Part shown: positions 17,747 through 26,602 of the stretch, piece by piece
Layout of the letters: each line of letters starts with the position of its first letter
Numbering within the stretch: the first letter of the stretch is position 1
From: a virus
Reading direction: 5' to 3' (one strand)
DNA: 46,328 bases
Virus record (IMG/VR): IMGVR_UViG_3300021060_000001
Span: 1 to 46,328 of that record
The notes under the pieces: model-generated
What the model saw: the letters and a program-made list of their open reading frames with translations, nothing else
Told to the model about the DNA's origin: nothing
The model's database searches: none
Position numbers and translations under genes: made by a program

Positions 17747-20700
17747 ATGGCGGGCATGTTCGACGCGGCTGTTGACGAGATTGCAGCCGGCGAGGACAAG
17801 GCCGCCCGCGCCGCCGCGCCGGGATCGACGCTCGAGCCGCCCGCGCCGACGGTCGCGCCCGCGCAGAACCCCGGCGACGTGCTGCCGGGCCTGCCCGCCG
17901 ATCTGGCGACGCCCGCGCCCGCTCCCATGTTGCCCGGTCCGGCGCAGGATTTGGCGCCGACGGTCGCGCCGACGGTCCAGGCCGCCCCGGCGGCGCGGGG
18001 CATGTTCGACGCAGCGGTTGAGGAGATCGCGACGGAGGACACAAGCCGGCTGTCGTCGGCGCTGGAAACGGCCCGCACGCAGGACCCGGTGCGCTACACG
18101 GAAGCGGCTCGGATTGCCGAACGCGATGGCCTCCCGCTTGAGTTCGTTACGCAGAACTTGGACGACCTCAAGACGCGCGCCACCGCGAACGACATGCGCA
18201 AGAGCTTAGAGGCAAGCCCCCGCCTGAAGCAATGGTTTCTGACGGGCGACAACGCGAACACGGTCAAGCTGGACGATCTGCACAAGCTGTCCGGTCTCGG
18301 CTGGCTCATGGAAGCGACCGGCGCGCAGTGGTCGGACGGGTGGGATCAGCGTCAGTCGGCGGACATCCGGTATCGGCAGATCTTCGGCCGGGCAACACCG
18401 GAGGAGATCGCGCGCGCCGACGTGGCGGACCGGGCTGAGAAGCGGGATTACGGCTCGACCGGGTTCTTTCAGGGCGCCATCCCAGCCCTTGCCGGCCAAC
18501 TCCCTAACATGGCCGGCGGGCTGCTCGCGGGTATCCAGGCGGCCCCGTACGCGGCGACGCTGGGCACGGCGGTCGGCGCGTCGGTCGGTTCGCTCGCGGG
18601 CGGCATTGGGACCGTGCCGGGCGCTGTGGCCGGGTTCGGCTCGGGCGTCGCCACGGGCATGATCCAGGGCCGCGCGACGGACAGCTTCAAGCAGGAAGCC
18701 GGCGGGGCATACAGCGAGTTCCTACAGATCAAGGGCGACAACGGCGAGCGCGTGGACCCGGAGGTGGCGAAGGGCGCGGCGCTGATCGCGGGCGCGGCGA
18801 ACGCAGCCCTGGAAACCATCGGCGAGGCGGCGCTTGAGCGGCTCGTGCCGGGTCTCGACAAGTACGGCGTCGGCGCGCTACTGCGGAACGGCTCGCGCGA
18901 GGTGCTGAAGGAGGCGATCAAGCGGCCGTCCATCGCCGCCGTGCTTAAGTCGTTCGGCGGGAACGTCGCGCGCGGCGGGGCGACGGAGATCGGGACGGAA
19001 GTCCTGCAAGAGGCCGTGACGATCATGTCTCGGATCGCGACGGAGAAGAACAGCGCGGGCGAGTTCCAGCCCATGGAGGCTGCCGAGATCTCGTCGCGCC
19101 TCGTGGAGACGGCGGAACAGACAGCGCAGGCCATGCTGATCCTGACGCCGGCCCTGGGCTCGACCCGGCTCGGGCGCGACCTGACCGTGTGGAAGCGCAG
19201 CGAGGATATGCGTGCGATCTACCAGGGGGCGAACGAGGCGGCGGCGACGACCGAACTCAGGACCCGCGCGCCGGAAAAGTACCTTGATGCGGTGAAGTCG
19301 TTCCTCGGCGACGGCAAGGCCAGCGACACGGTGTACGTGTCCACGGACAAGCTGACCGAACTGTTTCAGTCGATGGATTTGTCGCCGGCCGATCTGGACG
19401 CGCGGATCGACGGGTTCTCGGCGCGGTATGCGGAGGCCCTGGCGACCGGGAACGACACGCACATCGACATGGCCGCGTTCCAAACGCACATCGCTGGCAC
19501 GCCGCTGGGCGAGGCGCTGATCGAACATCAGCGGTGGCACCCGGAACTCGCGACGGTGGCCGAGGCGCGCGACGCCCTGGCCGAGGCGCGGTCCGCGCAG
19601 GACAGCATGCTTGAGGAGGCGCTGAACGCGGCGAAGGCGGACGCGGCGAAGGCGGCCCCGCGCAAGCAAGTCGAGGACAGCGTGTACGCGATGCTCGTCA
19701 ACATCGGTGAAAGCCCCTCGACGGCGCGGGCGCAGGCGGTGTTGCAGGGCGCGTTCTTCGGGACGATGGGCGAGCGGGCCGGGATCGACCCGGTGCAGTT
19801 GTTCAACGACCAGGGCCTCGACATTCGCCGGGCGATGCCGGACGGGCTGGACTACCGGAAGACGGATGAACTCGATTTCGCTCTGGACGCGATCCGCAAG
19901 GGCGACGCGGAACGGGCCGGCAAGCTGCGTCGGAAGGGCCAGGGCGCGAGCCTCGGGTCGTTCCTGAAGTCGAGGGGCGGCCTGCGCGAGACCGACGCCT
20001 TTGCCGGCGAACTCCGCGCGCGAGACCTGAAGGGCGGACTGCGTGCGAAGGAAGGCGCCGGTCTCGATCTCGATAGCGCCTCGCTCGCGGCGGCCGAGGC
20101 CGGGTACTTCCCGAACGCGGTGAACGATGACGGCACGATCAACCGCGAGGGGCTGGTCGAGGCCCTGTTGTCCGCCGTGGATGAGGAGACCGCCGGCCGC
20201 CCGCTGTTCACGCTGCGGCCGGACGAAGTGCAGATCGACACCCGGCTCGCGCGCGTGGAGGCGCTGGCGGAGGAGATGGCGGCGCTCGGCCTCGACACGG
20301 CGTCGATGACGAACGACGAAATCCGCACCGAACTCATGAAGGCGTCCAGCCCGAACGCGACTGAGGGGGCGTTGTTTCAGGAGGCGAAGCCACGCCCGGC
20401 CTGGATGGAGGAGATCCTTAGCAAGAGCCACAAGCGCGACGCGGTGGCGAAGCGGGCTGCTGAGGCCGGCGGCACGGTGCGGCTCAAGAACCCGGACGGG
20501 CGCGTTGCTGCGGCCGGGCCGGATATGTCGGCGCCGGGCGGGTTTCGGCTGACCCGGTTCGATAGCGAGGGGCCGGTTGGGCACACGGAACACGCATCGT
20601 TGGAGGAGGCGGTTCGCGAGGGGATGCGGAACGGCTACCAGCCGGCGGCCGAGTTCTTCCAATCCACCGACCTCGCCGGTCCGCAGGCGGACAAGCGCGG

Positions 20701-23700
20701 CTCGATCCAGTTCCAGGGCGAGCGCACGGTCATCAACCTGTTCCAGGCGGCGAACCTCTCGACGTTTCTGCACGAAAGCGCCCACCTGTTCCTTGAGGTG
20801 AGCAAACAGGTGGCGGAACGGCCCGTCGAGCCCGGCGCGAACGATGTGATCCGTGACGACTGGCGCACGGTTCTGGCCTACATCGGCGCCAAGGAAGGCG
20901 AGGCGATCCCGCGCGAGGCGCACGAGAAGTTCGCCAAGGCGTTCGAGACGTATCTTTCCGAGGGGCGCGCACCGTCCGACGAACTGCGCGGCGTGTTCGA
21001 GCGGTTCAAGTCGTGGATGCTCCGGGTCTATCGCGGCGTCCAGCGCGCGGTCGGCCTGCCGGCCATCTCGCCCGAGATCCGCGACGTGTTCGACCGGATG
21101 CTCGCGACGGATCAAGAAATCGCCGAGGTGCAGTCCGACCGGGCGGTGCGCCCGATGTTCGCCGACGCCGCTGCGGCGGGCGTGACGGACGTGCAGTGGG
21201 CGAAGATGGTCAAGGCGGCCGAAGCCGCTACAGACGCCGCCAAGGGCACGCTGATGGCCCGCATGATGGGCGAGCGGGCGCGGGAACAGACGGCCGAGTG
21301 GAAGGCGCAGAAGGAAGCGATCCGCGCCGAGGTGGTGGACGACCTGTCACAACGCCCGGTCTATCAGGTCCAGCACTACATCCGCACGGGCGAGATCCTG
21401 AACAGCACCGAGACCGTGCCGCCGGACATCGGCGAACGTCGCCTCGACCGGGCGTGGCTCGTGAACCACTTCGGCAAGGATGTTCTGTCGCGCCTGCCCA
21501 AGCAGTCCGGCCGTCTCGTCTACGTCGAGAAGGGCGGGATCAGCCCCGACGAAATGGCTGACTGGTTCGGCTTCACGTCCGGCGAGCACATGATCGGTGA
21601 GATGCTGTCGGCCGTCCCGTACCAGCGCGCCGTCGTGGCGCGCACCGACGAACTCATGCGCGAGCGCAACGGCGACTTGCTGTCCAATCAGGCGGCGGTT
21701 GCCGAGGCTGCGGCGACGGCTTTCCACAACGACGTGCGGGCGCCGTTCCTCGAACTCGAATTGCAGGCGCTCGCGTCGAAGGCCAAGATCAAGGCCGGCA
21801 AGGTGCTGCCGCAGAAGGTTGCCCGCCAGATGGCCCGCGATCTGATCCGGGGGAAGAAGGCCAGCGAGGCCGGGCGCGTGGCCGTGTTCGCCAGGGCGCG
21901 CGACAAGGCGGCGCGCGCGGCCGAGACGGCGATGCTCCGCGAGGACTGGACGGCGGCGGCGGAGGCCAAGCGGCAACAGATTTTCAACCACTACCTGACC
22001 CTGGAAGCGCAGTCGGCGCGCGACGAGGCCGAAGCGATCCGGCGGTACCTCGACAAGTTCTCGGACCGGAAGCGGCCGGGCGGCGTGGACCCGGACTATC
22101 TCGACCAGATCGAGGGCATCCTTGAGCGGTTCGAGTTCAAGCGAGCGACGAGCCTGCCGGCCATTGAGCGGCGCAAGACCCTGGCCGCGTTCGTGGCTGA
22201 AGCGGAGGCGCGCGGCGACGCGCTGCTGATCCCGCAAGACCTTCTCGATAAGGCGGCGCTCACGTCCTACAAAGACATGACCATGGAAGACCTCGACGCC
22301 CTGCGCGACGTGGTGAAGAACGTCGAGCACCTGGGCCGGCTGAAGAACCGTCTGTTGGAAAAGGGCCGGCTCGTGTCGTTCGAACGGACCCGCGACGAGT
22401 TGGTGGCGCAGGCGCGCAAGACGCCGACGAAGAAGGCGCAGAAGTACCGGAACCCGACAGGGTGGGAGCGGTTCGCGAACGGCGTCGCGGGCGTGGATGC
22501 GTACCTGCTGAAGATGGAACAGGTGTTCCAGTGGCTCGATTTCGGCGATGCCAGCGGTCCGTTCTCGCGGATCGTGTTCGGCAAGTTCGTGGAGGCGCAG
22601 AACCGCAAGAGCGAGATGCAGCTTGCCGTGTCGGCGAAGCTGAAGACGATCCTCGACGGCCTCGACGCCGGGTATCTGAACGAGCGCAAGGCGGTCCCAG
22701 CGCGCCCCGAGTTGTCGTTCCTGCGCTCGGAACTCTACGCCATCGCGCTCAACCAGGGCACGGAAAGCAACCGCGCCAAGGTCCTCAAAGGCGAGACCTC
22801 GGCGACTAACTCGTTCCGGTCTGAGGATGAGATGAACTCGGCGCTGTCCCTCCTCACAAAGGAAGATTGGGACCGGGTGCAGTCCATGTGGGATGTGCTT
22901 GAGGGGTTCTGGCCTGAGACCGCCGCGCTTGAGCGCCGGCTGACCGGCGTCGAGCCGCCGAGGCTGGAGCGTCGCAAGGTCGCTACGGCGTTCGGTGAGT
23001 ATGCGGGCGGGTACTACCCGATGGTGTACGACCCGGCGCAGGCGTTCGACGTGCAGCAGCGGTCCGACAAGGAGCTCGATGCGCAGTTCGACAACACCAC
23101 GTTCTCGCGGCCGGCAGTCGCGCACGGGTTCACGAAGGCCCGCGTCGAGAACTACGCGCGGCCGATCTTGCTGGACCTGCGCGCGCTCACGGGGCACATC
23201 GACAAGGCAATCCAGAACATCACGCACCGCGAGCCCGTGCGCGATGCGCTGAAGCTCATCACCGACCCGACGTTGCAGGCGTCGCTCATCGAGACGATGG
23301 GCCGCCCGGTCTATCAGGAGATGTACAAGTGGCTCGACCGGATCGCGAAGGACCGGGGCGAGCCGCCGGCCAACGCGACCGTAGCGCGGGTGCTGTCCGG
23401 GGCGCGCGCGAACATCAGCCTGTACGCTATGGGGTTCCGGCTGACCACGGCACTCTCACAATTCGCCGGCTGGTCGAACTCGCTGGAGAAAGTGCGACCG
23501 GGGTTCCTCGCGTCCGGTTTGTACGAGATGACGTTCCGCCCGCGTGAAACGTGGGATCTGATTTCGTCCAAGTCGGGCGAGATGCGCGACCGCACGAATA
23601 ACCTCGACCGCGACGTGCGCTCGGCGCTTGCCCGGCTTGAGGGCAAGACCGGCGCCGTCGATGCGTTCAAACGGCACGCGTTCTTCTTCACGGCGATGGC

Positions 23701-24436
23701 AGATCGCATGGTTGCCGGCCCGACGTGGCTCGGCGCGTACAACCAGCACCTCGCCACGTACCCGACCGACGAAGCCGGGGCCGTGCGCTCAGGCGACGCG
23801 GCAGTACGGCTGACGCAGGGGGCTGGCGCAGCGAAAGACCTGTCCTCGATTATGGGAAATAAGAACGAGGCGCTTCAGGTCTATACGATGTTCTATTCGT
23901 ATTTTAACCTGTACTATAATCGCCTGCGCACACTCGGCCGCGACACTCGCGTTATGCTTCGCGACGGCGATTACGAGGACATTCCGCACTTGCTCGCGCG
24001 GTCCCTAGCTCTCGTGATCTTGCCGGCCGTGATGGCGGACGCGCTCGTGGGCAAGTGGAAGGACGAAGACGAGACCGTCGCGTGGTGGGCGTTCCGGAAG
24101 GCGAGCCTGTACCCGCTGATGTCCGTGCCCATCGCCCGCGATATCGCCGGATCTCTCGATAGCGGCCTCGCCTACCAGATGTCCCCGCTCGCTCGGTTCG
24201 GCGAGCTGGCGACGAAGCTGGCGCAGGACGCGAACAAGGTCGCGCAGGGCGAACAGGTAGAAGGGCGGATGGTTGCCAAGCGCGCGGCGGAACTTGCCGG
24301 GTATACGTTCGGCCTGCCGCTTGGGCAGACGGTTGGCACGGCGTCGAACGTGTGGCAAGGGTTGGAACAGAACGATTTCAAGACGCGCGATCTGTTGTTC
24401 GGCCGCCGTGCGTTTGGGGACACCCGCGATCAGTAG
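17747..24436 (+). CDS. Giant virion/ejection protein (2229 aa) with a zincin-like HExxH motif
   Basis: One uninterrupted coding-like ORF. Duplicated N-terminal GMFDAAV[DE]EIA motif. Glycine-zipper hydrophobic segment (GLLAGIQAAPYAATLGTAVGASVGSLAGGIGTVPGAVAGFGSG). FLHESAHLF at aa 1009-1013, with HEKFAKAFETYLSEG downstream. Confidence 0.8.
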   Translation: MAGMFDAAVDEIAAGEDKAARAAAPGSTLEPPAPTVAPAQNPGDVLPGLPADLATPAPAPMLPGPAQDLAPTVAPTVQAAPAARGMFDAAVEEIATEDTSRLSSALETARTQDPVRYTEAARIAERDGLPLEFVTQNLDDLKTRATANDMRKSLEASPRLKQWFLTGDNANTVKLDDLHKLSGLGWLMEATGAQWSDGWDQRQSADIRYRQIFGRATPEEIARADVADRAEKRDYGSTGFFQGAIPALAGQLPNMAGGLLAGIQAAPYAATLGTAVGASVGSLAGGIGTVPGAVAGFGSGVATGMIQGRATDSFKQEAGGAYSEFLQIKGDNGERVDPEVAKGAALIAGAANAALETIGEAALERLVPGLDKYGVGALLRNGSREVLKEAIKRPSIAAVLKSFGGNVARGGATEIGTEVLQEAVTIMSRIATEKNSAGEFQPMEAAEISSRLVETAEQTAQAMLILTPALGSTRLGRDLTVWKRSEDMRAIYQGANEAAATTELRTRAPEKYLDAVKSFLGDGKASDTVYVSTDKLTELFQSMDLSPADLDARIDGFSARYAEALATGNDTHIDMAAFQTHIAGTPLGEALIEHQRWHPELATVAEARDALAEARSAQDSMLEEALNAAKADAAKAAPRKQVEDSVYAMLVNIGESPSTARAQAVLQGAFFGTMGERAGIDPVQLFNDQGLDIRRAMPDGLDYRKTDELDFALDAIRKGDAERAGKLRRKGQGASLGSFLKSRGGLRETDAFAGELRARDLKGGLRAKEGAGLDLDSASLAAAEAGYFPNAVNDDGTINREGLVEALLSAVDEETAGRPLFTLRPDEVQIDTRLARVEALAEEMAALGLDTASMTNDEIRTELMKASSPNATEGALFQEAKPRPAWMEEILSKSHKRDAVAKRAAEAGGTVRLKNPDGRVAAAGPDMSAPGGFRLTRFDSEGPVGHTEHASLEEAVREGMRNGYQPAAEFFQSTDLAGPQADKRGSIQFQGERTVINLFQAANLSTFLHESAHLFLEVSKQVAERPVEPGANDVIRDDWRTVLAYIGAKEGEAIPREAHEKFAKAFETYLSEGRAPSDELRGVFERFKSWMLRVYRGVQRAVGLPAISPEIRDVFDRMLATDQEIAEVQSDRAVRPMFADAAAAGVTDVQWAKMVKAAEAATDAAKGTLMARMMGERAREQTAEWKAQKEAIRAEVVDDLSQRPVYQVQHYIRTGEILNSTETVPPDIGERRLDRAWLVNHFGKDVLSRLPKQSGRLVYVEKGGISPDEMADWFGFTSGEHMIGEMLSAVPYQRAVVARTDELMRERNGDLLSNQAAVAEAAATAFHNDVRAPFLELELQALASKAKIKAGKVLPQKVARQMARDLIRGKKASEAGRVAVFARARDKAARAAETAMLREDWTAAAEAKRQQIFNHYLTLEAQSARDEAEAIRRYLDKFSDRKRPGGVDPDYLDQIEGILERFEFKRATSLPAIERRKTLAAFVAEAEARGDALLIPQDLLDKAALTSYKDMTMEDLDALRDVVKNVEHLGRLKNRLLEKGRLVSFERTRDELVAQARKTPTKKAQKYRNPTGWERFANGVAGVDAYLLKMEQVFQWLDFGDASGPFSRIVFGKFVEAQNRKSEMQLAVSAKLKTILDGLDAGYLNERKAVPARPELSFLRSELYAIALNQGTESNRAKVLKGETSATNSFRSEDEMNSALSLLTKEDWDRVQSMWDVLEGFWPETAALERRLTGVEPPRLERRKVATAFGEYAGGYYPMVYDPAQAFDVQQRSDKELDAQFDNTTFSRPAVAHGFTKARVENYARPILLDLRALTGHIDKAIQNITHREPVRDALKLITDPTLQASLIETMGRPVYQEMYKWLDRIAKDRGEPPANATVARVLSGARANISLYAMGFRLTTALSQFAGWSNSLEKVRPGFLASGLYEMTFRPRETWDLISSKSGEMRDRTNNLDRDVRSALARLEGKTGAVDAFKRHAFFFTAMADRMVAGPTWLGAYNQHLATYPTDEAGAVRSGDAAVRLTQGAGAAKDLSSIMGNKNEALQVYTMFYSYFNLYYNRLRTLGRDTRVMLRDGDYEDIPHLLARSLALVILPAVMADALVGKWKDEDETVAWWAFRKASLYPLMSVPIARDIAGSLDSGLAYQMSPLARFGELATKLAQDANKVAQGEQVEGRMVAKRAAELAGYTFGLPLGQTVGTASNVWQGLEQNDFKTRDLLFGRRAFGDTRDQ

Positions 24437-24439
24437 GGG

Positions 24440-25579
24440 ATGACGATGAGCCTGTTCACCGACAAGGCCCCGGCGATCATGCGGGACCTCATGGCGGCCT
24501 TCGCGCTGGGCGAGGACGATGCCGCCGCCATCGTCGGGAACCTTGGGCACGAGAGCGGCGGGTTCAAGTTCCTGCAAGAGAAGAAGCCCCTCGTGCCGGG
24601 CAGCCGGGGCGGGTGGGGTTGGGCGCAGTGGACCGGCCCGCGCCGCCGCGCGTTCGAGGCGTGGGTCGCGGCGAAGGGACTCGATCCGGCGGGCGACGAG
24701 GCGAACCTTGGGTTCCTCGTCCACGAACTGCGCACGAGTGAGGCCAAGGCGATCCCGGCGGTGAAGGCCGCGCGCGGCTTGGAAGCCAAGGTGAAGGCGT
24801 TCGAGGCGGCGTTCGAGCGGGCCGGCGTCAAGCACTACCCATCTCGGATCAAGTACGCGGAACAGGCATTGGCCGCCTACAAGGGCGGCGCGCCTGCCCT
24901 GGCGCCGGTCAAGCGCCCGGCCGCGCCTCGTCGCTGGGCCGAAGACACGCTCGCCGTGTTCGAGATCCGCGCTGTGCAGGAGCGCCTGCGCGCGCTCGGG
25001 TATTTCATGGTCGGCAAGGTCGATGGCGATTGGGGCACGTCCACCACGGCGGCGGTGATCGCACTACAGACGCAGGCAGGCATCACGGCAGACGGGCACT
25101 ACGGCCCCGAGACTAAGGCCGCGCTCGCCGACGACGCGAACAAGCGGGTGGTCCCGGCGGCGCGGGCGAACACGACGGCCAAGGATCTGCGGAACCAGGG
25201 CTCGACTATTGCTATCGAGGGCAACCGGGTCACGTGGACTTCGGCGCTCGGTCTGGTCGCCGCCCTGGTCGCCGCCGCGCACGCCGCCTACACCGCGCCG
25301 GCAGAGTTGCCGTTCGGCTCCTCGATCTTCCTCGGGCTCGTCCCGCCGCCGTTCGGCTCGATCCTCTCGGCCGTGGCGCCGTACCTGCTGGCGTTCATTC
25401 CCCTGGCATACAACGCGCTTGCGGCGCAGGGCATCGTCCGGGCGCGGGTCGTTGCGGAACAGACGGGATTGCATAACGGCGAGCCGTCGCCGGCCCCGAC
25501 GACCGAAGAGGAACCATCCGACGCGCCGCCCCTTGGTGGCCTGCTGGGGTCTCTGTTCGGCCGGGGTCGGAAGTCGTGA
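24440..25579 (+). CDS. Lysozyme-like muramidase with a PG_binding_1 domain and C-terminal transmembrane segments (379 aa); endolysin or virion lysin
   Basis: GNLGHESGGFKFLQE...GGWGWAQWTGPRR (phage tail lysozyme-type motif). VQERLRALGYFMVGKVDGDWGTSTTAAVIALQTQAGITADGHYGPETKAAL (PG-binding repeat). Hydrophobic WTSALGLVAALVAAAHAAY and FGSILSAVAPYLLAFIPLAY. Confidence 0.75.
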   Translation: MTMSLFTDKAPAIMRDLMAAFALGEDDAAAIVGNLGHESGGFKFLQEKKPLVPGSRGGWGWAQWTGPRRRAFEAWVAAKGLDPAGDEANLGFLVHELRTSEAKAIPAVKAARGLEAKVKAFEAAFERAGVKHYPSRIKYAEQALAAYKGGAPALAPVKRPAAPRRWAEDTLAVFEIRAVQERLRALGYFMVGKVDGDWGTSTTAAVIALQTQAGITADGHYGPETKAALADDANKRVVPAARANTTAKDLRNQGSTIAIEGNRVTWTSALGLVAALVAAAHAAYTAPAELPFGSSIFLGLVPPPFGSILSAVAPYLLAFIPLAYNALAAQGIVRARVVAEQTGLHNGEPSPAPTTEEEPSDAPPLGGLLGSLFGRGRKS

Positions 25580-26037
25580 AGCAGAACCACACCGCGACCG
25601 CCATGCACATGACGCGGCCTCTCGAATGGCTGCTCGCTATGTGCATGGTGACGTGGGGCGTGACGCTGCTGCGGCCCGATCCGTACTTCGACCTGCCGGC
25701 CTATCGCGTGATGTCCACAGTGATGCGCGAGACGAGTTGGGGCGCAGGCGCCGTGTGTTTCGGCATGGTCCGGTGTCTCGCCTTGGCGATCAACGGGTGG
25801 TGGATACGGACGCCGCTACTTCGGTTCGCCGGATGTCTCGTCGGCGGCATGTGCTGGCTGTCCATCGGCTTCCTGATGTACGCCGGGTCTGTGGTGGAAG
25901 ACAGCCGTCTTCCTGCCGGGATGGGCTTCTATGCCGTGTTTTTTGTATTCGAGGGCTGGTGTACGCTCGCGACCGGATACGACATGAACAAGACGGGCGC
26001 GTTGTCCGCCGGAGCATTGAAGAAAAATGTCCGCTGA
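25576..26037 (+). CDS. Four-TM membrane protein, holin candidate (153 aa)
   Basis: GTGA overlap with the lysin gene. Four hydrophobic helices. The call rests on position. Confidence 0.5.
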   Translation: MKQNHTATAMHMTRPLEWLLAMCMVTWGVTLLRPDPYFDLPAYRVMSTVMRETSWGAGAVCFGMVRCLALAINGWWIRTPLLRFAGCLVGGMCWLSIGFLMYAGSVVEDSRLPAGMGFYAVFFVFEGWCTLATGYDMNKTGALSAGALKKNVR

Positions 26038-26413
26038 CGACGTGAAGCCCTGGATCGACATGCTCGTTACGTTGCTGTCGGCCGGTGGACTTGGGGGCAT
26101 TTTCCTAGCGGTGCTGGGGTGGATGAAGGCCAAGCATGAACGGCCCGCGCATATCGCGCCGGACCCGAGCATGGGTTCGGGCGCGCTCGCCCAGCTTGGC
26201 GGCATGGTCATGGGCCGGCAGACGGGTGAGGAAATCATCCTCGCGCTGAACGCCATCGCTGCGTCTCAGGACCGCTGCACGCTCGTACGAGAGAAAGAGA
26301 TCCGGGTGGCGCAGGAGCTTTCGGACGTGCGCCACCGGGAGATGCGGACCCTGAACGATCACCTCGACACGCTGTGTGACCGGCTTAAGAATTTGCCGGG
26401 GTGTGGGGCTTAG
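26027..26413 (+). CDS. N-terminal TM plus coiled-coil protein (128 aa); i-spanin-like or other lysis accessory
   Basis: WIDMLVTLLSAGGLGGIFLAVLGW TM followed by a helical, charged region. Last gene of the plus-strand late block. Confidence 0.45.
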   Translation: MSADDVKPWIDMLVTLLSAGGLGGIFLAVLGWMKAKHERPAHIAPDPSMGSGALAQLGGMVMGRQTGEEIILALNAIAASQDRCTLVREKEIRVAQELSDVRHREMRTLNDHLDTLCDRLKNLPGCGA

Positions 26414-26555
26414 GCGGTGGTGTAAGCCATGCGGTATGCGCGTCTTCATCCTGCGACACAAGCTCGTAACCGTCCGCGACAAGCTGCGTCAGGATTGCAT
26501 CCATCATCGTCGTTTTGCCCGAACCTTGCGGGCCTCTCAGTTCGATCGTTATCAT
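26385..26555 (-). CDS. 56-aa Walker-A-only mini-ORF (truncated P-loop NTPase or miniprotein)
   Basis: Below the track cut-off; I translated it by hand. AGGAGA lies 8 nt upstream of ATG 26555. Product MITIELRGPQGSGKTTMMDAILTQLVADGYELVSQDEDAHTAWLTPPPKPHTPANS. Stop TAA (rc) at 26385-26387. Overlaps 26027-26413 convergently by 29 nt. Confidence 0.4.
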   Translation of the reverse strand: MITIELRGPQGSGKTTMMDAILTQLVADGYELVSQDEDAHTAWLTPPPKPHTPANS

Positions 26556-26575
26556 CTCTCGTCTCTCCTGTGGTG

Positions 26576-26596
26576 GGGGCGCGACACGCGCGCCCC
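26576..26596. other. GC hairpin GGGGCGCG-acacg-CGCGCCCC between the 128-aa ORF and the mini P-loop ORF
   Basis: Read directly. No U-tract on either strand. Could act on transcripts from either direction. Confidence 0.4.
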
Positions 26597-26602
26597 TGGT
26601 AA

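Noticed and set aside
15621-18044. Very long minus-strand ORFs antisense to the late block: 807 aa here, also 18878-21115 (745 aa), 21347-23227 (626 aa), 4034-5506 (490 aa) and 5577-6398.
   Set aside because: Their products are Arg/Pro/Gly/Ala-rich with no motifs. They mirror clearly motif-bearing plus-strand genes (SLT/M15, giant protein, portal). These are typical stop-poor shadow frames of GC-rich DNA.
26027-26413. Embedded or adjacent o-spanin lipoprotein gene.
   Set aside because: Hand translation of the other two plus-strand frames gave no ORF with a signal peptide and lipobox Cys. The C-terminal LPGCGA of the main frame is at the wrong end to be a lipobox.
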